Source: Anthoceros angustus
Lineage: Eukaryota > Plantae > Anthocerotophyta
Assembly: GCA_010909165.1 (NCBI GenBank)
Contig: VJWM01000288.1
Coordinates: 62,693-126,692 of the forward strand
Reading direction: 5' to 3'
Length of the DNA stretch: 64,000 nt
The notes below the pieces were generated by a model, which was not told the DNA's origin, ran no database searches, and saw nothing but the letters and a program-made list of their open reading frames with translations. The translations under genes and the position numbers were made by a program. This document shows positions 40,964 through 52,806 of this stretch, piece after piece. Position 1 is the first letter of the stretch. Each line of letters begins with the position of its first letter.

Positions 40964-42325
40964 GTGAGACTTGCTTTGTCACCGCATTGAGCTTATTCAG
41001 AAAAGAATCATCCACCTCAATGAGCTCACGATTCTTGAACAACTCGCAAACTCGCTCTTTTATATACATTTTGTTAGGTCTCGCCTTACACTCCGAGGTC
41101 ATCATGACCAGCCCACAAAGATGAGATGCGGCACCGCCTTCTTCATCGGGCCTCGCTCAGGATTTACATGGCTTGCAAGCGCACCAAGATTGATCAACAC
41201 AAGAGTAGATGCAAGAATGAGAGGGTACACGTGACGCATCGCGGGCCCGGCCATGCGGAGCGCGCGGCGCCGATGGCCGTCTGGCCGCTGCCACGCTGGT
41301 CCGGTGCTTGGGGCCAATGCCTTGAGCTCGCACATTCTGGATGTGTGTGTTTTGGTCTTCCTTTTTTCGGTTTCGATTGTGATGGCGTTTGGGGGGTCAT
41401 CATGTACTACTAGGGAGAGGGGTGTTTTACAAAACCCCTTTTGCAAATCTCCCAATCTTTACAACGTCTAAACACCTCCATTGTAAATTGGTTTAAGTTT
41501 CGCTAATGTGGCAAGTTTTAAAACTCGGTTTCCAACGGGGGTTTTTAGTTGGATGATGTGGCACTCTTTTGGGTGCTCATTTACAACAACGGATTGATGG
41601 CGTATTCTCCCATGACTCTTGGTGACACGCAACAAACAATACAAGGGAGGGAAGGGTTTTACAAAACCCCTTTTGTAAATGTCCCAATTTTTACATTGTC
41701 TAAAAGCCCTGTAAATTGATTTAAGTTTTGCTGATGTGGCAAGTTTTAAGACGCGGTTTACAATGGGGGTTTCTATTTGGATGAAGTGAGGTGCTCATTT
41801 ACAACAGTGGATTGATGACGTGGCTCCCTTGTTGTAGATTACATTGTAAAAGTCTTTTCTCTTTTGATCTTCATTTTTCTAAAACTCTTTATTACTATTA
41901 TTAATTAAACAAATATGATTAGAGTCCATTTACAACAGCAATTGATGACGTGGGTCCCTTGCTATAGATTACGTTGTAAAACCTTCTACTCAAATCTTGT
42001 TTTATTTTAATTTTTTTTAAAATATTTATTATTATTATTATTCACAAAAATGTGATTGAGGCCATTTACAACAAAGATTGAAGACGTGATCCTTTGTTGT
42101 AGATTACGCTGAAGTTCCTTTTACTCAATTTTTTATTTTTTTCCAAAATCTTTATTATTATTATTATTATTATTATTTACGAGACAAAGGACAATCTAGG
42201 TGCGTATGATAGTTGATGACATACATGCAACTACGTAAACATCAAGAAAACATGCAGACGATGAACACCAAACAGACGTAGGCACTTAAAGAACACAAAG
42301 CAATCGAAAAAATAGCATGCCATAG

Positions 42326-42598
42326 TGGCTGGATTCGATTTCTTCTACGATCAGACCCCAGACCACATGCGCACTGTGGGTGCTGGCATGAACTTGTCGG
42401 CTCTAGGAGCCGGGAGCTTTCTCAGCACTGGCTTCATCTCTCTCACATCCCACTTCACAGAGGAACGAGAATCACGCATGGGTCGGGGCAAACATCAACT
42501 CCTCCCGCCCGGATAACTTCTACTGGTTCTTGGCCATCATAGATGTTGTGGATGTCATTGTGTTTCTGTTCATGGCTTCCAAGTACAGCTACAAGTAG
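42326..42598 (+). pseudogene. Captured 3' fragment of an NPF/PTR (NRT1) transporter, copy 3
   Basis: GFDFFYDQTPDHMRTVGAGMNLSALGAGSFLSTGFISL...(fs)ANINSSRPDNFYWFLAIIDVVDVIVFLFMASKYSYK*, matching the NPF C-terminal FFYDQ.PD.MR and NLN...DYFYW motifs. Confidence 0.82.
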
Positions 42599-44502
42599 GT
42601 GAGACTTGCTTTGTCAGCCGCATTGAGCTTGGTCTAGAAAAGAATCATCCACCTCAATGAGCCTGCTGCTGATTCTTGAACAACCTGCAACCTGTCTTAT
42701 ATACATTTTTGTTAGGTCTCTGCTCCTACACTTCCGAGGTCATCATAGACAGCCCACAAAGATGAGATGCGGCACCGCCTCTTCTTCATCGGGCCTCGCT
42801 CAGGATTTACATGGCTTAAAGCGCACAAGATTGATCAACACAAGAGTAGATGCAAGAATGAGAGGGTACACGTGACGGCATCGCGGGCCCGGCGATGCGG
42901 AGCGCGCGGGGCGCCGATGGCCGTCCTGCTGGCCTACACGCGCGGTCTGGTGCTTGGGGCGCCAATGCCTTGAGCTCGCACATTCTGGATGTGTGTGTTT
43001 TGGTCTTCCTTTTTTCGGTTTCGATTGTGATGGCGTTTGGGGGGTCATCATGTACTACTAGGGAGAGGGGTGTTTTACAAAACCCCTTTTGCAAATCTCC
43101 CAATCTTTACAACGTCTAAACACCTCCATTGTAAATTGGTTTAAGTTTCGCTAATGTGGCAAGTTTTAAAACTCGGTTTCCAACGGGGGTTTTTAGTTGG
43201 ATGATGTGGCACTCTTTTGGGTGCTCATTTACAACAACGGATTGATGGCGTGGCTCCCACGTTGTAGATTACGTTGTAAAAGCCTTTTTCTCAAAATTTG
43301 ATCTTTATTTTTCTAAAAACTTTTATTGATATCACTAATCACAAAAATATGATTGGAAGCCATTTACAACAAAGATTGAAGACGTGATCCTTTGTTGTAG
43401 ATTACGTTGTAAAATCCTTTTTCTCAAAATTTGTTCTTTATTTCTTCAAAACTCTTTATTATTATTATTAATCATAAAAATATGATTAGAGGCCATTTAC
43501 AACAGAAATTGATGACGGGGCTTCCTTCTTGTAGATTACGTTGTAAAATATTTTTCTCAAAATGTGTTTTTTATTTTTTTAACTCTTTATTATTATTATT
43601 ATTCACAAAAATATAATTGGAGGCCATTTACAACAGCGATTGATGACATGGCTCCCTTGTTGTAGATTACGTTGTAAAGTATTTTTCTCAAAATGTGTTC
43701 TTTATTTTTTTAAAACTCTTTATTATTGTTATTGATCACAAAAAATGTGATAGGAGGCCATTTACAACATGCGATGACGTGGCTTTGTTGTAGATTACGT
43801 TGTAAAACCTTTTCTCAAAATTTGTTCTTTATTTCTTCAAAACTCTTTATTATTATTATTAATCATAAAAATATGATTAGAGGCCATTTACAACAGAAAT
43901 TGATGACGGGGCTTCCTTCTTGTAGATTACGTTGTAAAATATTTTTCTCAAAATGTGTTTTTATTTTTAACTCTTTATTATTATTATTATTCACAAAAAT
44001 ATAATTGAGGCCATTTACAACAGCGATTGATGACATATCTTTGTTGTAGATTACGCTAAAAGTATTTTTCTCAAAATGTGTTCTTTATTTTTTAACTCTT
44101 TATTATTGTTATTGATCACAAAAAATGTGATAGGAGGCCATTTACAACAGCGATTGATGACGTGGTTCCCTTGTTGTAGATTACGTTGTAAAGAATTTTT
44201 CTTCAAAATGTGAGGTGGAGGGTATTTTAAATTTGGTGGGGTTATTTTGTGGGGCATGATGAACGTGTCCATTCAAGAGTACGGAGGCGTGCCACTCTAA
44301 ACAGACTCCATTAATCCCAGCCCTTACACACACCGCATGGAGAGGGAAAAGTCGAGGGGGCGCTTAGTGCTCTAATACTAGTACGTCGCGCTCTTTAGCA
44401 TTTTCTTAAGTGTTCTTATTGTGAGCAGGTACCACCTCTATGCCTACAAGCAAGTGCGCACTGCCCCGATGGTACATGTTCGTACATGCCCACCTTTCGC
44501 AA

Positions 44503-44842
44503 GCCATTGTTGGGCGTTTGGGCGCCATTGTTAGGCGGTAATTGGGTGCCATTGTTGGGCGTTGGGCACCATTGTCAGGCGTTAATTGGGCGCTACTGTT
44601 AGGCGTTAATTGGCCGCCATTGTTGGGCGTTGATTGGGCGCCATTGTTGGGTGTTGGGCGCCATAGTTGGGTGTTGGGTGCCATAGTCGGGTGTTGGGCG
44701 CCATAGTTGGGTGTTGGGCGCCTTTGTTGGGTGTTGGGCGCCATTGTTGGGCATTAATTGGGCGTCATAATTGGGCGTTGGGCGCCATTATTATTGAGCG
44801 TTATTTGGGCACCATTGTATGGCCAGCCATTGTCGGGCGTTG
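44503..44842. repeat. ~20-bp GC-rich tandem array (GGGCGCCATTGTTGGGYGTT) inside CACTA B
   Basis: Direct reading; explains the spurious repetitive ORF 44406-44744. Confidence 0.85.
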
Positions 44843-45769
44843 GGCTAAGGCTTTGGGGCAGACAATTTGGTGGAAGGTGTCCTCTAGACCCGACTTTTCT
44901 TTACCATTTTGTGGGGCTGCTTGTAGCGTGTCAAGTTCTTTACCATTTTGGTGGGGTTGCTTATGGTGTATCAAGTTCTTTACCATTTCGGTGGAGCTGC
45001 TTGTGGTGTGTCAAGTTCTTTACCATTTTGGGTCATGGTCCGTCAAGTCCGATGTCGTGAAGCTAATCTCGCTTGGCTCTATTGGATTTTGACTTGCATC
45101 TTATATTCCTCTTCACATGCATGTTGCTGTTGACCCTGCACATATGATGGCCTTCAAATCCAGGAGAATATCTAGTAGGAGGATCATCACAACCTTCAAG
45201 TGCAAGTGCAAGCGCATTCTACAATGCACTGCCTTGTAAAGATCGCACGAACTTACAAGGCATCGGCGGATTATGTTACAATATATATTGCCTTCATTTA
45301 TCCTAATTTTAAGATTTTATGTATGCATTATTTTATGTAAATCTGGTCCCTAATTAGGGGCCCAATTTAGTTAAAATAATATGTATATATATACTGCCCA
45401 AACATTAGGATTTAAATGAAATGGATATAATATAATTAGATACGGTAATTATCATAGATTTATAATCTTAATTAGATACTTATTTAGTTAATTCCATCAT
45501 TATTTTATCAATATTATCATATATTGAATAAATACTCGTGTATCGTATAATATATGTGTATAATTTGATCTTCATATATTATACAATATAGTATACCTTA
45601 TGTCAGTACCCGTATGTATGAAAAAAAGATGTATACTATTTTTGTAGAATACGTATATATTTTAATGTATAAGCAATGTTGTAAATCATTGAGACGTGAA
45701 TTTTCCAAGTTGTAATCTACCTTGTAGATTGTGTTGTAAAACTAGCGATTCACAAATTTTTGAGATTGT

Positions 45770-46030
45770 AAATGCGGTTGTAAACGACCTTGTAAACCAC
45801 GTCGTAAACGACGTGGTAAACGACGTCATAAACCACGTCGTGAACAACGTCATAAACTACGTCGTAAACAACAACGTCATAAACTACGTCGTAAACAACA
45901 ACGTCATAAACTACGTCGTAAACAACAACGTCATAAACTACGTCGTAAACAACGTGGTAAACCACGTCGTAAACCTCGTAATAAATTACATTGCAAACGA
46001 TGTTGTAAACGACGTTGTAAATGAGGTTGT
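45770..46030. repeat. 12/15-bp tandem array (AAACGACGTCGT / AAACAACGTCAT variants), part of the right subterminal region of CACTA B
   Basis: Direct reading; explains the spurious VVNNVINY and VVYD repeat ORFs. Confidence 0.85.
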
Positions 46031-46885
46031 AAAGTAAGGGTATATGAAGGTTGTAAATGAGGTTGTAACGTATATTATAAAATACGTCGTAAATAGACCT
46101 ACTTTACAACCTAGTTAAGCTGTCAGACTACAACCTCCTATTAACAACCTACTTTACAACCTAGATTACAAGGCAACCACGTTGTAAATGGCGTTGTCAT
46201 TTAGGTTGTAAACGAGCCCAACGTTGTAAATGGCGCTGTCATTTAGGTTGTAAACGACGCCATAAACCACGTCAGAACGACGTGGTAAACCACGTCAAGA
46301 ACCTGATGACGTGGCAATCTTGCCTGCCACGTCATCAATTTTACAACCTAGTTAAGCTGTCAGTTTACGAACGTGTAAATGCCCATTTTCACAATGTGAG
46401 GTTGTAAATTATGTTGTAAAATACGTTGTAAAACACCTCGATTCTTGTAGTGATGACAGTTATGGGCATTTATCAGGATGCCCAAATGCATCACATGTGC
46501 CATATTTGGCTTATAGACGGTATATTCCGTATGAATTATATGCCTTTAGTAATCCCATATATATATATCATTTTCCTTTACTAATTTAGCTTCTTTATTT
46601 CAGCTCATTAGTTTAAGTTCAACTTTCTTTTGAGCAACATATTTTCTTTCCCAACAGGAATTACGTAGCTATATTAGGCTTACTTTCTAGCCTATTTTCT
46701 CTCCTACTTCATAGTGAGAGGGAGTGATAAAATAATTTATTAATTAGGGCATCTAGAAATCCCTAGAATTAAACATTATTTAATTCATAGGGCTAAAAGT
46801 AGTTACTTTATTTAGTTATTAGTTATATTGGTTACAACCACCTATAACCACCTCTACTTTTTAAACACTTGTACTTTCTATCATT

Positions 46886-47960
46886 TTATGCAATGCTACA
46901 AATATCTTTGAGCAAGTGTGTGATTTTCATCATCCCCATCCGAAGGAAGCGGTATCGCTGCTTCTGAAATCGCTCTTTAGTCAGCTTTAGCAAACACATT
47001 TGGTTGCAACAAGGCTTTCTAAAATCCACTGTGATTATGTCCCCTTCACTTTTTTTCAATGACACTCCAACTGTGCGTCTCCGTCGAGATACAACGACTA
47101 CCTCTGTTGAGGCCTTCAAAGTCTCACTCAAAGGCTTCGAATGGAAGGAACGACACGCATCAGGTGTCTGGCAGTCGTCCGCATCGTCTTCGTCACCAAT
47201 GGGCCCTTCATGAACCGGTGAGTGCAAGCGACCAACATTAGCTGCATGAAACAAGCTCCGGCATGCAATCATCGACCCATCTCCCCGGGGAACGTCATTC
47301 ACACCTCTCGAACTAGAATCTGGATGACGTTTAGATGGGCTTCCCTCCAAAGCACCGTAAAGATGCAAATTCCTAGGTGTCCGAGGAACACCCTACAGAA
47401 TACTTGGCGACGCCAAATGTCGACGTCTGCGTCTGGTATCTACATGACCAATATTGAAGCATTCCACATGGATCACACCATACGGACTCTCACAACCAAC
47501 AACAACAATTCCCATATGAAGGGAACAAATTGAACCTTCGTCATGGCCGAAACCACCTTCGGGAATTGGAAAGCAGACACGATGCGGAGAGAGAGGTGCA
47601 GTTGCTGTGGCGTCCAATACAGCTTGCCTCTTCCCTGTTCTGACTTTATCTAAAGACCTCATACATTGCGAAGGGATTCCTTGTTCCAACTCTTCATCCT
47701 GCACGCCAATCCATTGGCTTCAATCAGATGCAACAAACAACATAGACTAGGAATAGCATGTGAGTGTTGCAAAAGATAAGAACTCCAACCTCCTCTCCTT
47801 CCGGCATGTGGGTTAGATTCAACATCGCATGCCCATGGCGTAGTAGAGAACCTCGACTTTGAGGGCCCTGGTAGTGTGAAAGGAAGACGCCGGGAGCGGA
47901 AGAGGCTTGCCTTAGCAGACCTTGAACGACGAGGATGATCGAAAAGGAAGACGCATGCAA
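46886..47960 (-). pseudogene. Truncated TE-associated ORF, possibly the N-terminal Cys-rich part of a DDE transposase
   Basis: Fragmented ORFs ending in VDFRKPCCNQMCLLKLTKERFQKQRYRFLRMG, then an abrupt switch to AT-rich DNA. No catalytic core is visible. Confidence 0.3.
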
Positions 47961-48577
47961 ACGGTGGCTACCTGCCTTAGTAGGCCTAGAGCAAAGAGGG
48001 AGAGGACATTATTTTGCTAACTAATTACTCGAACATGATTGAGTATCCACAAGAGATCTCCAACTGTAGATCATGCCTCCATTCCTTTTTATTGACGTAA
48101 ATTAATGTGCCATAGCCAGCCGCCACCTAAGATAGTGTGATTATGGGTCAGTTGGAGTTTAAATTAGGGCCTGCGTAAATATGGTGTCCTACATCAATTC
48201 AGCAGTGATTTGAGCTATAAATGTATCGGGGCAAGGAAACCCTACTAACCCAACGTTTTGTTTCGGCGGTTCGTGTTACGGTGTGGCATGCTTGCATGTA
48301 AGTCCGATCCGAGTAACGCGTGCCAAGCTTGCGCCTTTGTTTTGCTCTGATTTCGAGCATGATCGTGCAATCTCAGGCATCTGAGCTTCGTGGCAACACG
48401 ATGTGGAGCGTAGAGCAACCCTTGTCAATTGACTTGGAGTTAAGAGGCAAGCACAAGACATTCTTCAAGTACGCTAGGTAGCAGCTGTTGTGAAAGAGGT
48501 TCTTCTTTCATCCTTGCAATCAATTTTGAACATCCGCGCTATTGCATATTGTGCTTAACGTTTGCAAGTTTGTTTGC

Positions 48578-51500
48578 ATGAAGATGGCAAGCGCGAGGAG
48601 GAGCAAGAAGGACCAAGCAGACCCAGTCGCCAATCCGCCAATGCCGCCCCAGAAGCCAAAGAAAACTAGGGCTGCAAACAAGGCAAATACGGGAGCTCTC
48701 ACCGGAACGGAATTGTTCGAGGTGCAACCCACCATGTCTGCATATGAAGGCACTTTGCCAACACAATCTGCACACCCTGCAGGTGTGGGAGGGCATATTG
48801 CCTCTGCGGGGCAGGCAAAATTTGAGAGCATGTCTTCAGTGAAGAGTAACAGAACAAAGGTTGGTGGCGGACAAGGTGTGGAGAAGGTTGTGAAAAGTAC
48901 GAAGCAACCCGTGTCAGCCGCAATTCCTTCTCCATTCAGCTACGAGGACACGGTGCTCATCCGACGACTTGGTGGCCAGATTGACCCTGTTGTTATTGTG
49001 GAAAAGGATTGGATGCTCAACCAGGATCCACATCTAGATGAGGAAAGTGTGCCATGGACGCCCTTGCTAAAACTGTGGATAATGGGGTACATGGGGGCTT
49101 TGCCCAATCAAAGAGCTAGGGCTGGTTGGGTTATATGGGCAACAATGGACATCTATGAGGGAGAGCCGAGTTTACCTTGTTTTGCACCACCAAGCCACAT
49201 GAGTTCGAGGCAGTAATCCAGGACCCTGATGTGTATAGGTCGTATGTTCTTAGTTTGAGAGGGTTTCACTCCAAGAAATGTGCACCTCGATCACTTGTCA
49301 AATAGTTCCGTTAATGCATGCGCCAGCATACTGTAAGTTGTCTGAAATGATAGTCTTGTTGGTTGCCCTTTGACTTTGATCAATGACCCATCTTTCGGTT
49401 TTTCGTTTTGTAGCGACCCTTAGTCGGAAGGGCACTCATCAGGGCTATCTGTAGGAAGATTACAAAGACAATTGTGGATCACAGAAGGGAGGTGTCCATG
49501 AGATGGGTGAGAGCAACAATGCATAGAAGTAATGAAGAGGCAGAAAATTGAGAGCCGAAGATTCCAGAAAGTGAGCTTGGCCCATCAGATGAGGAAGATG
49601 GCCCCATTCCAAATGTGCTAGGCCATTCGGATGAAGAAATGTTTGGGGGGCAGGATGAAGAACGGGATGCTATTGACCTACCCAGCTTGGCAATGCAGGG
49701 GCCGTCCATGGTGGTCCCAACCATTGCGTACAATCCACATGAGATTCATGGGCGCCGGCCAGCCGGCGCCCATGCTGTGCTTAAGGTTGGAGCGGGTCCA
49801 GACTTGCCTACACGTGATCCAAACTGGTTCATCTAGTTTCAACAGGGGGATGCTGGACGGCGGCAGTCGGCCGGCACCCCAGTTAGAGCTTCTTCTGGCA
49901 GAACCCTTCCATGCGAGCATTGTGGAAGTGGCAGTGGTGGTGGCGAACCCGAAGATGAAGGCGATATAGGGGTGGAAAGAGGGGTTGGGCATGAGGTGGA
50001 AGCAAGGGGGCGCCGGCCAGCCGGCGCCCCCCACGGGTTTGCAAGAAGTGATGCCGGGCCGACGGCTGGCTTAAGAGGAAAGCGGACTGCAGCGACTTTG
50101 GATTCTATTGATGGTACCAGGCAAACCCATAGTGGAGGCACAGAGGCAGGGAGGAAGAAAAAGAAAACAAAGAAGGTGGCAAGGCAAGAGGACCAGGATG
50201 CTGACATTTCAACTGTACATGTTTCTATAGATGAAGAATGGCTGGAGGACGCAATCAAAGATGCGGATCCCCTCACTCGCCCTAGGGATTCTGCATATGC
50301 GAAAGAGGGTGTCTTGGAGACATGTCTCCAAGCCTCTTTCGCATATGCAGAATCCAGAATGACCAATACTGTACAATATTGGTCAAATTGAAGAACCTAA
50401 GGCCAGCACTGCACATAACTCCGGATGCGCAGATTTGCATGGTTGACGAGGCATGGGCCAACTATTTGGCGCATCTTATTTCTAAAGGAAGGACAGAAGA
50501 GGGTGTGTTGCCACTCCTATGTATGATTGATCCAAGTGAGTGTGATGCGCTGAGCAAGCTGGACTGGAAGCGATGACGGGGCGAAAAAATATGTCATGGG
50601 GGTTCTTGGTAGGAACCACAGTTATGCAACCATGAAACATCTATGTGATATCTCACCCAGGAAGAAGCGCTTCCAATATGTTGAAGCACATGCGTATTGT
50701 GGTCTTACTGTTCCTGAAATATAAGTGTTTGCCACAGATCACAATACTATGTCGGACAAAAGAAAGAAGATGAACTTTATTGAGTAGGTCCGGTACTTGA
50801 GGGATGAGCTGCTGATTGCAAAATGGGAAGGAGTGTGGATGACCATGTCATGGAAGTTTAATCTGTACAAAGTGCTGGGATTGATTGAGGATGATGAAGG
50901 GCGTGAAGACGACGTCTACAAGCAAAACAAATTGGACAATCAGACACACATTTTGTACATTGCCAAGCAGGAGGGTAAGGTGTGGGACAATGTAGACATG
51001 ATTTTTTCCAAGTGGGAAGCGGGAGAACTACCGGAACAGAAGAAGCATTTACCAGCTAGGACAAGTGTTAGAGTACTTAATCAACACTCGCTTACTTATG
51101 GTTAGTTTAATAGGTCAGTTATATATTGAAGTGTCACATTAGGAGTATTTAGGTGAGAATGACTAATTTTATATTATCATTGCTTATTATTCAATACAAC
51201 TTCTGTTTTTGTTCCTCTCTCCTCGCCCAGCTCAAGACCCAAACAACAAGCAAGAAAGGGAAAGGGAAGCTAAAGGTGAATGAGGAGCTGAAGCAAGTGG
51301 ACACTGTTTACATGAAGCCTAAAGACATGTTGGCAAAGCCATGGAAATCCTTTCAAGGGATACGAGTTGGAGAGTGTGGGCAGCAAATTCTTATAACCAC
51401 TACTGAAAAGGCGTTGATAAGACTTATAGATCTGAAGGGGAGATCACATTATGGAAGAAATTCCATGTCATACAAGTAGCGATGGTCAAATACCTGGGCT

Positions 51501-52806
51501 GCTCTTCTTTCGAAGAGGTTCAGGAAGAATATCCTTTGCATTCGACAGACCAGATGCTTGCACGCTTTCAAATTGCTTTTGCTAGAAAGGTGCATACCCT
51601 GCTCATATGTGTCAACAAGAATGGGGAGGGCGCCAGCCGGCCGGCGCCCACCCCTTTGTTCCTTTGCGGTATTGACTAACAAACGTGTGATTGGCAATAA
51701 CTCAAGGATATTGAAGTTCTTTCAAAACTTCCAGATGTCTTCCAACATTTCATTTTTGAGGTTAATAATTGAAAAGGACTGGAAGACGAGTAGCGTGCTT
51801 TGGCGGACAAGGACCTTGAGGAAGGATTGGAGAGCAGAGATGTTTTAGACATGCGAGGGTTTCTCAGAGGATGGAAGTACACACTTTTGGTGATAGACGC
51901 TCCAAGGGAGTTTCAAATCGGGGTTATGGACAAACGTATGGACAAGCAGATGATGGATACTGTTTTGCATAGCTTTGTTGAGAAAACCAATAGCGATGAG
52001 CTGAGGATGATTGTGATACATGGTGTCGAGGAGACATACACTGTTAGGGAGTCCATGCGAAAGTGGAGCAGGAAAGGGGGCTTGGTCTCATTTGTGTGGA
52101 ATAAGACGAACATGAACAATGATAGGGGTGGATTTGAAACCGTGGAGTATGTGATAGTGGGTTGGGGAGTGAAAGACGTGTGCACAAGGGATAAGGTTGC
52201 AATGATGCCAACTGCCATGCACGGGACTTTCAACAATGGAAGGTCTCCACATCGCTATGACACCGCTAAAGAAACAGTGTAAGGCGTCACATGACAAGTT
52301 GGTGGCGCCCATACCTGTAGGCTCGGGCTAATGATGAAACTTATCAAAACCTTCCAAAGAGGGATTGGGTTTGATTTGCTCGTAGTGGGACAACTTATCA
52401 GCCTTACTGTGGGGACGAAATTGTATTGCTATTGAGGCTGACTTAAGGTGTGCAGGATACATTCCACAATGAATCCATGGGTATGAGGTTCTGCCAGATG
52501 CTGACGAAGAATTGACCTTCAAGGCTCACCGCAGAGGATTTGCGCAATTCTAGGCAAAGGGGGTATCTCTTAGCGTGAAGGACTCTAAAAGTACAGGTGG
52601 TTTCTTTGAGTGCTCGTCGGATGAAGACCAAATCAGGAGCGTTCTTGGCAGAGGACCAACAAACCCTTCACAATGTGTGGCAACCTTCCCTGACTCCTTA
52701 TGACGACGACACTGGCGTGAACGAAGACTTAAGGGCTTTGGGTGAGAACGACAACTTCGATGAACAGGAACTAGAGCGGATTCAAATCACACTACAGGAT
52801 TCGTAG
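48578..52806 (+). pseudogene. Degenerate intron-containing gene for a ParB/Srx-like domain fused to a beta-class N4-cytosine/N6-adenine DNA methyltransferase
   Basis: Disordered/acidic N-terminus. ParB-like VLGRNHS at 50602-22 followed by AYCGL...ATDHN..MNFIE*VRYLR. MTase motif IV-like LLVIDAPR (DAPR 51896-907), FVWNKTN, ETVEYVIVGW, HTCRLGLMMKLIKTF, motif I DWV*FARSGTT (52363-95), SALLWGRNCIAIEAD (52398-442). Several stops and frameshifts. Confidence 0.75.

Larger units (their letters stand above)
38701..43052. mobile_element. Tandemly reiterated left end of a CACTA-family element (A) with subterminal repeats and captured gene fragments
   Basis: CA(A)TACAAGG...GGG.TTTTACAAAACCC ends at 38701, 40034 and 41637. 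Arrays of CCATTTACAAC / TTGTAGATTACGTTGTAAA subterminal repeats. Units of about 1.3-1.65 kb, each including a piece of the integrase flank. Confidence 0.7.
43053..46452. mobile_element. Non-autonomous CACTA element (B), 3.4 kb
   Basis: Left end TACTACTAGGGAGAGGGGTGTTTTACAA; right end (reverse complement) CACTACAAGAATCGAGGTGTTTTACAA. 3-bp TSD ATG at 43050-52 and 46453-55. Subterminal TTACAAC repeat arrays at both ends. No transposase. A truncated duplicate of the left end starts at 41405. Confidence 0.88.

Noticed and set aside
44406-46037. Repetitive ORFs (MAPNTQ..., VVNNVINY..., VVYDVV...)
   Set aside because: These are translations of tandem DNA repeats inside the non-autonomous CACTA element.
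50700-52500. Stops in the MTase gene being repaired by U-to-C RNA editing
   Set aside because: U-to-C editing is known for organellar transcripts; this is nuclear, TE-associated DNA that also has frameshifts. C-to-T decay or sequencing error is more parsimonious.
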